64,000 nucleotides of DNA from Monocercomonoides exilis PA203 (taxonomy: Eukaryota; Protista; Preaxostyla), in contig LSRY02000028.1 of NCBI GenBank assembly GCA_001643675.2, positions 806,001-870,000 on the forward strand, given 5' to 3'. Positions 35,701 to 44,847 of the stretch are shown one piece after another. Below the pieces are notes generated by a model. The model was given only the letters and a program-made list of their open reading frames with translations. It had not been told where the DNA came from and made no database searches. Numbering within the stretch: position 1 is the stretch's first letter; every line of letters begins with the position of its first letter. The position numbers and the translations under genes are program-made.

Positions 35701-36954
35701 CTTCTCACTCATATTCAATGCACCTTCCTTCACTGACAGATCTCTCTCTTCATTTGCTACTTGCTTTCTCTTCTTTAAAAGCTGTTCTTTCTTCTTTTCC
35801 TTTGCTTTTTCGACTCTTCTGCACAATTCTCTCAACTCGTCTGCATCTGGCACAAGCGAAGCTGCCACAAACACCCGCAGCATTGCCCGTGTGCATTCCT
35901 CTAATCCATCCCTTCTTCCGTCGCCAGTCAGGCCCTGCCACAGCCACTCAGGCAATGTCTCCTGAAGAGGATGGTCGATGCTGTCAAACACCTTGGAAGA
36001 TGAGTTTGTAGCGTTTGCTTGCAAATATGGCGAAAGAGAAGACGAAGACTTGTTAGACGTTGATAATAAACGAGGGGAATATGTTGATGCAATCGATTGC
36101 TTCCTTTTAGCATGGATTTGGTTTGCAGATTGTTTTTGCTGATGAGGACGACCCCGGCGCTTTCTGGTAATAGTGTCTTCCAAAGGGCGGCTGTCACTTA
36201 TAGGCAAACGAACAGGCGGTATAATTGATGAGGCATTTAGCTGCTGGAAAGAATCCTGTGAGGGAGATGAAGAAAAAGTATTTGAAGGAGGAGACTGAGA
36301 ATTTTGTTGAAACGGATTTAAAAAAGGATGCGGAGGATATGATGATTGATATGAAGATGATAAAACTGAATCAGATGTGGTCTTTGGTAAAAATGATAAA
36401 GGCTGTCCAAACGGTTCTCCAATATGAGAACCCTTCGGATAAGCGTCGATTGGAAATTGGGGCAATGGAATTGATGAAGGAGAGTAGCGATGAAGTGATG
36501 CAGAAGAAGATGGAGAGTCACCAATCGCTGGTACAGGAAAAGAATGGGGCAAAGACATATGCTTTGCTCTATTGTAAATCTCAACATTTGATTTGCCTTT
36601 TTGAGAATCATTTGAACCAATTGAATGGGGTCGTTGGGAAAGATATCCCCCTCTGCCTCTTCCACGACCTCTTCCTCTGCCTCTTCCACGACCCCTTCCA
36701 CGACCCCTTCCTCTATTATGCTTTTCAAAAGAAACCTTTCCTAACGTGTCATAAGATTCATGCTGACGCATCCTTTGAGATTGTTCAAACACACTGGACA
36801 TTGTTTTTGGTTGTGTCATAAAAGTTGGGGTTGGAAAATTATGAGTTGGAGTAATATTTTGAAAAGGTGAAGAAGTTGCATGAAAAACAGATGATGCAGC
36901 ATTGTTATGATCATTAATAGGAACTTTTGATTCAGGAGTGAAAAACTCACTCAT
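32779..36954 (-). CDS. Divergent E2F/DP-like winged-helix protein with RG repeat and AT-hook-like motif, 1391 aa, intronless
   Basis: LSFKELQSLLRMDYRRCYDILSVL matches the E2F RRxYD recognition helix. Also an (RG)n tract and RKRRGRP. The ORF itself is clear; the family call is moderate. Confidence 0.7.
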   Translation of the reverse strand: MSEFFTPESKVPINDHNNAASSVFHATSSPFQNITPTHNFPTPTFMTQPKTMSSVFEQSQRMRQHESYDTLGKVSFEKHNRGRGRGRGRGRGRGRGRGRGRGGYLSQRPHSIGSNDSQKGKSNVEIYNRAKHMSLPHSFPVPAIGDSPSSSASLHRYSPSSIPLPQFPIDAYPKGSHIGEPFGQPLSFLPKTTSDSVLSSSYQSSYPPHPFLNPFQQNSQSPPSNTFSSSPSQDSFQQLNASSIIPPVRLPISDSRPLEDTITRKRRGRPHQQKQSANQIHAKRKQSIASTYSPRLLSTSNKSSSSLSPYLQANATNSSSKVFDSIDHPLQETLPEWLWQGLTGDGRRDGLEECTRAMLRVFVAASLVPDADELRELCRRVEKAKEKKKEQLLKKRKQVANEERDLSVKEGALNMSEKTDEISSEKTEKESEEIKNSSTENNEIGANQNTNLSSSPDQSKEDELNSNSNFQNNSSSALRNNEIAQTQNEAVANQSNFIEGWEDSNASGSEAGASQIAENTSSVLPSSFSLSSVISSLDPSSSTSASSLSPPPCLAVRGRGALSFKELQSLLRMDYRRCYDILSVLTTTPFLRRETKVRDPNQPYLFCENCAITVRHADPLPLPYSLEISFEEGAFGSPLFSSNSSLGLRNPMGFREDGEGGEFWDRSMGIGSEEEVEKDRRGRDGRKGLFPLVAEKDTVNGGNDDDLPLFDGDEDEMGQKKERRYLVPISDEEGNKEEPGINDFRLLDDKENEGEKHNESSADDCLTLQSLFSFPTSAWMKREDVIDVADILPTLSRETKMLILNERRLYRLMQLKELFSSRLSELMKLEMNGKEMEMEKEKEGEGENEADVDIDAEKAQEVNEKIQETSKNEQKKEENEGMTKDNEQDENNGNIMDAKENIAKNEDKFEMRKEDNYNKIENPVNIKTESSSILTPVANSGKVSTLANASDAKDKSDSKLAEANDKKEAEYNNKTVSENNNNQEKDDPFMQVNDNTFQDNNAPLSAPASFSPPASSFSSPLSPLSSPLMTPFPLSPSSLEDEFSQCCSEGGALFSQVLSSVCEEQLNWLRNMWLKESEREEESVCAALEEEFELQTRQFEENEEKLFNEGEEGGAGGEEKGSGRDGRGNEAEEIESGAGIGESRGNDKRTREDRAERAEDSKRGSFDEDSEKRLREDGQRERMMISSVPKAQQNIVMHMPGSVAPLSHPSNMPSSASSSSFSITSSSSQPLVHLQSSSNSDPKEDKNEAVKMEMESGSDSESALKEKVDNAKTANERNGNNPMISEEIKDNQNIHAPNQRKVSEEQSSEIKQKDSKGREQSYNTTVGQSHFLSASTLPPPPYFSSTSSIPNQNYTAPNLPSSSSSSASYSSTIYSNFKPSSNQASTNKPFP

Positions 36955-37259
36955 TGGAAATAATCTTCAAAGATTATTTAAATGGCAAATATACAACGAC
37001 AAACTTTCGAAATAATAAATACAAATATAAATTGTTATTATAAATAAATTTAATTTGCACACTGAAACCAACACGGAGTGTAAATAACACATAAACATTC
37101 GTACTCGCATGAAGTTTTTATTATGGCAAACAATAATTCTTTATATGCTTTCAAACGATAAACACACGTTATGAACATGTGAATCTGTGAAAGTCAATAC
37201 AACAATCACATCGGTTTTTATTTTGTTATAGGTTAGATCATCTTTGTTGATATTTGTTG

Positions 37260-38015
37260 ATGACTTCTGTTGTGGACTCATGTTTAACAGCAGAAATTAC
37301 AGAAATTAGCATTTCTAATGCTTCAAGAGAACAAATAAAATTTGTAAATCCTTCGTCACAGTATTGTCCATCAAGCAAGTCAAATGAAGATCTGCCCTCG
37401 CATTTTGAATGTTCATTCGATGAAGTTGAGCAATACACATTGCAAGAATTAAAATGCGATGAAAATTCTGCTTTTTTGAGCGTTGTGGACGATGATACAC
37501 TTGCAAAAATTGCATGTTATTTATGCGACAGATTAGAATTTCTTCTTCCAGATTTATTTGTTAAAAAACATTCCATTTCACAAAGACATAACCAAAAATC
37601 AACTCAACAAATAGTGATGGATCGAAAGCGCAAATTCTCAAAGAAAATTCGTCATTTTTTCCAAATAGTCCGAGGGGTGTCGTCTTTAGTTTTATCGGAA
37701 ATGTTGCACGCTGTTTATCTAGTGGATATGCTAATTGTTGCTGAGTCGATTGCTAAAAAAGATGGAATGAGTCCGATTGTTTCAGAAGATAATTTAGGAA
37801 TGTTGCTTCTTTGTAGTGTAATTCTGTCGTTAAAACTTAATCGAGATTCTTCATATTCAAATGGTTGGTGGTCAAAATCTATAGGCATTCCAGCAAGCAT
37901 TATTAACCAATCGGAAATAGTGTTCATGCAAAGGATTAATCATAACATGTTTGTTCCAGTGAATGCTTTTCTGAAATATGTTCAGCAATTTGTTACGAAT
38001 GTGAAAGAAGCATAA
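37260..38015 (+). CDS. Cyclin, PHO80/P(U)-type cyclin-box protein
   Basis: MLHAVYLVD...NLGMLLLCSVILSLKLNRDSSYSNGWWSKSIGIPASIINQSEIVFMQRINHNMFV fits the PHO80-like cyclin box (K..D..YSN..W...G.....N..E..F). Confidence 0.8.
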   Translation: MTSVVDSCLTAEITEISISNASREQIKFVNPSSQYCPSSKSNEDLPSHFECSFDEVEQYTLQELKCDENSAFLSVVDDDTLAKIACYLCDRLEFLLPDLFVKKHSISQRHNQKSTQQIVMDRKRKFSKKIRHFFQIVRGVSSLVLSEMLHAVYLVDMLIVAESIAKKDGMSPIVSEDNLGMLLLCSVILSLKLNRDSSYSNGWWSKSIGIPASIINQSEIVFMQRINHNMFVPVNAFLKYVQQFVTNVKEA

Positions 38016-39426
38016 GACATAATTTGAAAAAATAAATGATTTAGACGTGTAGGAGTTATTGTGAAAATTATATTTTTGTGGCATAGTGTTCAATGAGCGT
38101 TTTGAAAAAAGTGTTTACAATTTTTGAACGCTAGAAAAGTCTCTGCGCCTTTGAGCATTGGAGAGCAAAAAGAACTTATAAACTTCTCTGCCAATAAACA
38201 TTTTAATGTTATTTGCTAATGTCTGTACAAACAACTGTATATTTCTCTCTTTTTTTGACTGATTTTGTGATATGGATTGTTGAAGTATTTTTCTGAAATA
38301 TTTCGTGATTATTTCACTTTTCAGTGATTGCGTAATTTCAAATCTTCGTTTTTCATTAAAATTTTTAAGTTTTTTTTTAATTGCACGAGTGAATGTTATT
38401 GCCTTTTTTTTTTATGAAAAGAAAATTCTTTTTTTATATTATTTATACAGTATATTTTTCAATGTTATTTTTTGTTGTTGATGTACTCCAAACTTTTAAT
38501 TTTTGTTTTATAAGATAAAATTATATTTTCTTTTTGCGAAAATTCTTATTTTTAGAGCAGATATTTGTTTCTGTTTGATGAATTCGTGAAAAGAATATTT
38601 TCTTTCCTTTTTATATTTATATAAAAATAAATTTAATTGATATTTTATATATATCTATTTTTATTTTGCTTGTTTTGAATTTTTTTATCTGAAATTTGCC
38701 AATCTTTTTATTTGTTTCATATATTATTTTTTAGTTATTTTTATATTTTTTAAGCTTTATTTGTCACCAAATTTGTTTGAATTTCTACATTTGCAAAACA
38801 AATTAGAATTTTCAAAAGAAGTCATTTTTTGTGAATGCTTTCAAATTTTGTAAAAATTATTTTTTTCTTTTTTTATCTCTTTCTTTTTATTGGTTCAAAT
38901 TCACCTTAATGAGATCGATTTATTATCTTTTTTACTTTTTTTAGTTTTTGTAATCATTTCAATTTTATTATGATGATGATAATTGTAAATTTCTATCGAC
39001 TTTTTTAGTGCTAATTATTTTCCATAGTATTTCGTTTTTTGCATGGAATAATTTTTCTCGATTTTTCAACCTTTTATTTAATCATCAATTGCGCCTTAAA
39101 ATTCTGTGCTTATTTTATTTTATGAATTGAATTGTCATATTTAATATATTCCATCATGCATTTCGTAATTTTAAATTTTAATCTGTACATTTTTAAATAT
39201 TAAAATTTCATTTGAAAATAAACTAATATTTCTTTTTTGAGGGGAAATGCATTTGCCTATCAAATGGGAAATTTTCAATTTTATTGTCGGTTTTATGAAG
39301 AGGGGAAAGTGAATTCTGATCTCACAGATTTCATAAACATTGGTTAGAGGGTACATTGCAACCAGTGCATTTTTGTTTCGTTGAGAAAGTTGTTGCTTTA
39401 TTTGCGCATCATAAGAAATGTCAATA

Positions 39427-39428
<2 letters not shown>

Positions 39429-39471
<43 letters not shown>
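39429..39471 (+). repeat. Poly(dT) 43-mer
   Basis: Directly visible. Confidence 0.9.
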
Positions 39472-39472
<1 letters not shown>

Positions 39473-39609
39473 ATTAGGAAAAATGCAAGTTTTCAAACTT
39501 TTTTTGAACTGAACAATTAATATTTGTTTCACTAATTACTTCGTAAAACTTGCTCAGATTTCTAAATGAATTGGGTTTTCATATCTGTAAACAAACTTCA
39601 CTGATATAA

Positions 39610-39897
39610 TAACATTATGTTTTGCGACCTCAAACGTATTTCAAATAATAAACACATTTATTTCAAATTTTTCGATCACAAAACGATCATCTGGGATGCA
39701 TAATTTTTCAATAAAAATGCCTGAAGTCAATATTTTGTCCCAATTCAACATCATTTTTTTGCGCATAAACATTTATTTATGATGAATTTGTGATGAAAAA
39801 CACAGATTGAACGAAAAAACTCTTTCAAAAGACAAACGGTATTTGAAAAATAAACACCACGAAAAAAAATAAGATTTTAAAAATAATCATCCACAAG
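39610..39897 (+). repeat. Dispersed repeat, copy 2
   Basis: Same blocks as 21270-21935, without the inverted-repeat insertion. Confidence 0.65.
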
Positions 39898-40059
39898 TTT
39901 GATTTGTATTTAACGACAAAAAGTGCAAACTATTCTCTAAAGAATAATTCTGATTTGAATGATATTTTTTTATTGTATTCCATTTTTGCTTGAATGGCTT
40001 ATCAATAACGTCTCAATTTTTTCATAAAAAAAATTTCCTAACATTCTATAAAAAAATGA

Positions 40060-40790
40060 ACATTTATTCGGAAAGAGGAAAAAGAGAATAATACAGATGT
40101 GTAAATTGAAATATTCCGATAAAAATATTCTTAAATACTCGTTTTTCAACTTTGCTATTCTATTCGACTAACTGTTGATAATATTTTTGAATTTTTGTTT
40201 GAAATTGGATTTTCTCATGCGAATTTTATGCTCTATATCAATCGAAAAACTGTCAGTTTTGGATTCTCAATTTTGTGTTATTTCTTCGAAAATCACATAC
40301 CTGGATTCTCAACCTATTGGAGGTGAGGGTGAAATAGGAAAAATTGACGAGGCAATTCTTAGGAAAGAGAGAATTCCACAAAGGTGGAAAAAAATCAAAA
40401 ACATGGATTTACAGTGGTATTGAAAGAATAAGAAAAAAATTTTTTGAGGGAGATTTTTTTCTGTTTGGATGAATAAAAGAATCAAAAGAAACCCGGCTCC
40501 CCATCAAACCAGCAAATATCAAATTCAAGACGATAATTTTCATAGATGAAGGGCTTGCTTTCAACTGTTTATCGGTTCATATTTTTTCCCATTCGTCAAA
40601 ATGTTACAAACACCATTTCAATAAATCCACTCATTTAAGTTTTCATGAACAAAATTGACTGATTTTGGTCTTTGTTTCTCCAACTCTAACCGAAAACAGG
40701 AGTTGACTATTTGTTTATTGATGAACATTATTCAAATCACATGTTTTATTCCTGCAGAAAACACTTGTTCCTTGACTTTTTTGAAAAAAA
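40060..40790 (+). mobile_element. Merlin (IS1016/IS1595-ISXO2-like) DDE transposase relic
   Basis: Across frameshifts: INRKTV, QPIGGEGEIGKIDEAILRK, REFHKGGKKSKTWIYSGIER, TIIFIDEGLAFNCL, NKID*FWS and LFLDFLK, in the order of the Merlin/ISXO2 consensus (IGGxGxxVEIDE..KRKYxRG..WVFGGIER..TxIxSDxWxAYxxL..NxIExxW). Confidence 0.75.
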
Positions 40791-41249
40791 AAACCCATTT
40801 CTCTATTCCTTCAAAATAAAAAAGATATTTCAGTTATTAAAATGAATCATATACTGTACACCAATTATCAACCATTTGTTGATGATTTTGTTAACTCGAC
40901 GAAAAGAAAAATATACGTATCTTGTGATGGTGAAATATTATCAAAGAATGCAAAATAATTATCAAAACAAATTTAATATTGTTAGAAATAAGTTTTTCTT
41001 TAATTCATATACAATCCATTTTTATTATTCTTCATTTGGGGAATAATTTTTGACATCATGACTTTTTTCGGTGTGATAATTATACCAAATTTTTATTTCT
41101 TCGAAGAGGATTTATTATTTTGAAGGAAAAAATACATAATAATTGTTTGAAAAAACGATATTCGAAAACATATTTTAGAATAAACAATCTTTTTAGTAAT
41201 TATATCTTTTCAGTATCTATTAATCAGTATTTATGGTGAATGCTCAGAC

Positions 41250-41723
41250 AGAATTATTTGATTGAAAATTCAGTGAAGATCGGTTATGATCACCTCAGTT
41301 GTAATCAAGATCGCGAATAATCACATTTTTTCGGGCATCAATAAATTTTGCATTTTTTTAATGTGTAATTTCATCGGTCATAATCACGCTAAAATCGTGA
41401 ATAATAACAAAATTTGAAAATATTTGGGTATTTTTCTGTCCATTTTGAAATTTTTGAATAAATGAAAGTTGTTATTTTCTGCTTAATAATTAACAATTAA
41501 AAACATTGAAACATTGAAAATATAAAAAATCGATACAAATGCGTGGATTTCAATAAAAATTGAAAATATGTTTTTTTTCTTCGTAAAAAAAAAGCAGAAA
41601 AACTAATCCATGGAAAAGATGGTTCGGTTGTAATCAAGTTCGGTTATAATCACAAAAAATCGTGCAAAATGGATTGTGATTATAACCGAGCTTGGCTATA
41701 TATGGATTCAAGAATAATTGCCC
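41250..41723. mobile_element. Degenerate non-autonomous inverted-repeat element with internal CGGTTRTAATCA motifs
   Basis: AATTATT...AAGATCGGTTATGATCAC (41252-41293) is mirrored by GTGATTATAACCGAGCTT...AATAATT (41676-41719). Further motif copies near 41296, 41374, 41624 and 41640. Confidence 0.55.
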
Positions 41724-41800
41724 ATTTAAAAAAAAAACAAAGTGTTATCATGTTCTTTTTTAATTGAATTTATGTTCAACAACAACAACAACAACAACAA

Positions 41801-41836
<36 letters not shown>

Positions 41837-42241
41837 TTTAACATTTTTTTTATACAGATTGTGATCTTCCCACTTACCTTAACATTGAGTAATTCATTGA
41901 TTTTTACGCTTATAATATCAGCAAATAATATTGATCATCAATACGATAACCTCTTTGTGAAATAACAACAAAACCAAAAAAATGTGTTTAAAATACATCC
42001 ATAAAACAGAATAAACAAGTGAGGTGAAAAAAAGTGTTGTGAAGTGCGTTTGTGAACATGTAAATTAAGTGACAATGAAAACTTAAAAGCAGATATCGTG
42101 AAAAATCAAAGAGAATTTATGAATTTGAATCATGTAACAATTGACTTCAAAAAAGCAAATCTAAACTTTCATAAAAATACAATTGAATAACGCATAACAG
42201 CTGAACATAAATTATAAAAATTCAGCTTGGCACCAAATATT

Positions 42242-44341
42242 TCAACCTTTAACAGCAACAATATTCTCCTTTGCTTCCTCTTTTTGCTGTGTGGCTTCTG
42301 CACCTTTTGTAAGTTCTTCTCGATTTTTTCCCTTTCTTATTTGATTTTCTTCCTCTTTTGCCTTTTGCACAACTTTCGGATCAGATTCCATTTCGCGCTT
42401 TGGCTTTGAGGCATCGGCTCCTGCTGCTTTTGCATCCTGCTCCTGATTCTTTGGCTTTTCACTGTCTGCTGGGTTGGCTGCATTCTCTTTCTCCTTCTCT
42501 TTCGCAGCCACCCACCCCGCCAGCTCAGACTTCAGTTCCTCAGACACATCCAGCAGCGGATCGGGGTAGATCGAAGACGAGGTGGATATCAGATACTTGA
42601 TGGGGCTAGTGCTCTGGTATGGAGTGTATGTCGAGTTTGATACAACCCATGCATGAGTCAAGATCTCTCTGATCGTGATGCGCAGCTGGGGAGTTGGGGT
42701 AAGCATCCTCTGAATGAGATCTGATCAATGGAAATATGACATTAGTTGGTAAGTTGATTGGACAAGACACATTAGCAGAAAATAAAATAAAAAAGAAAGA
42801 AAATAATCAACAATAATAACTTCAAATAAATGAATCTCATTTTGAAAAAAAATCATACCTGCTGCATCTGGAGGAAACAATGGAGGAAATCGATACTGAC
42901 ATCTGATTATATGGTCAGTCAGCTGAGAACCACTGCATCCTTCTCCAAAAAATGGATGCCCTGAGCATAGACATCATTAACAAGCAACAGAAATGAAATG
43001 TGTGTTGTCAAAACGAAAGCAATGGAACAATTTTGTAAAACGAAAAACAATAAAAAAAGTAGAAAAACGAAAAAAAAAAATTTTTTTTTTTTAAAACAGA
43101 AAAGTAATGAAAGAGTTTTATCTCTCAACAACAAATCACACTTCCAGTCATCATCTCGTAGAGAGTGACACCCAGCGCCCATATGTCAGCAGCTTTCCCA
43201 TCGTAGAACCGCTCTGTCATCATCTCCGGAGACATGTAATACGACGTTCCACATGCCCTCGTCAGCACTCGCCCACTTTTGCCAGCGCGTGCTGCCAAAC
43301 CGAAGTCCATCAGCTTCAGATGGGGTGGAGTAAACGGTGCAGGTGCAAATCTCCGAATGCTGTGTCCGGGCCCACTCCCAGATGTGGAACCAGGAACATG
43401 GAAGCATGCCTTTAAAAACATCACATTATCTGGTTTGATATCTCTGTCAAAGAATTTAATGAGAATTTTAACAGATACATAACAGATTGCACATTCAATT
43501 AAAAACACGATTAGATCAATGATGAAAAAATAAAAAAATAAATATTGAAAATTATTGCATACAAGAAAAATTAACAAAATGAAACATATACCTATGAGCG
43601 TAATCGTGCTGATGGAGATAATCAACTGCACTTATGAGTTGTCTGAATAACATCCGAGCGGTATTTTCTTGGAATGCTCCAAATCGCGAAATGAAAAATG
43701 ACATTGCTCCTCCAGAAGCATATTCCATGACCAAAAAATGCCTAGACAGATATTTGAAGCCAAGTATATCCATTCCATAAAACGATAAAAATTTAGAAAC
43801 GATTAATAAAATTAAGCTTGAATTATTATGCTCATTCAAATGAACAAACTGCGTAGAACTGGAAAAAAAGTCCACAAATTCAATAATATGCGGATGAACT
43901 AGTTTCTTACACAAAAGAATCTGAAACGTTCGAAGAGAAGTGATAGATTCAGAAAAAAATAGATAAACAAGTGTAAATTATTGATGAGATAAAATTGAAG
44001 ATAAATGCAAAAAAGACAATGAAAAATGAAAATAAATGACTGCTAAAGGAGGAAAAGTGAGAGGGAAGCATGCCTCGTTGCGCATTTGTAACGTCAAATA
44101 ACTCTTCTCTCCTTTTGTTCGAGAAAACATTTTCATGGCATATCGTTTTCCCGTCTCAAGGTCTTCCACAAGATGAACCCTTTAAAAATGAACAGATTCG
44201 TTTAGTGAAAGGAAATTCGAAATGAGAAACACAATAAAGAGTAAAGTATAGAAACATATAAAAGTCTTATTCTGACTCTAAAAAAACAAACTTTCCAAAG
44301 CCACCTTCCCCAATTTGCGAGATCACTTTGTATTTGATCAT
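42242..44341 (-). CDS. Ser/Thr protein kinase, CAMK group (SNF1/MARK-like), 7 exons
   Basis: MIKYKVISQIGEGGFGK, YAMK, HPHIIEF, LVMEYASGG, AHR|DIKPDN, LMDFGLA, ACGTSYYMSPE, DIWALGV and RITIREILTHAW. Confidence 0.93.
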
Positions 44342-44847
44342 TACCGCCTTTTTATAATGATTGCTTTTATGCGCAACCAGAAAAGGCTCTGAAAAACCAA
44401 AGTAGAATAATAAATGTTATTATGGAAATTTCGAATTTGAAACTTAATTCGTTCGGATTTCAAGCAAGCATACAATTATTCTAGAATATTAGCTAAAGTG
44501 AAATATGAACAGATAAAGCAAAATTAAAATAATTTTACAATTTAATTTCTATTTTTTTTTTTTTTTTTATAATTTTTTTATTTAACAAACAAATAAATTT
44601 TTTTAACAAAAATAAACCATTTAACCCCAACAAAAACAGCAAATTCCTTGCAAAAAACAGATAAATTATAACGGAAATATAAAAGAAAAAGAAAATACCA
44701 CAAAATTTAAAAGATATAAGCGAGATTTTAATAAAAAAGAAATATAAAAATAATTTAACCAAATTCAATAATCCAAAAAATATCCTTTTCAATTTATCAC
44801 AAATTTCTAACAAGAAATTTATTTTTACATTTTCTTTTATTTTATTT

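Noticed and set aside
41277-41693. CRISPR-like repeat array
   Set aside because: Repeats are short, irregularly spaced and in both orientations; eukaryotic context with no cas genes.
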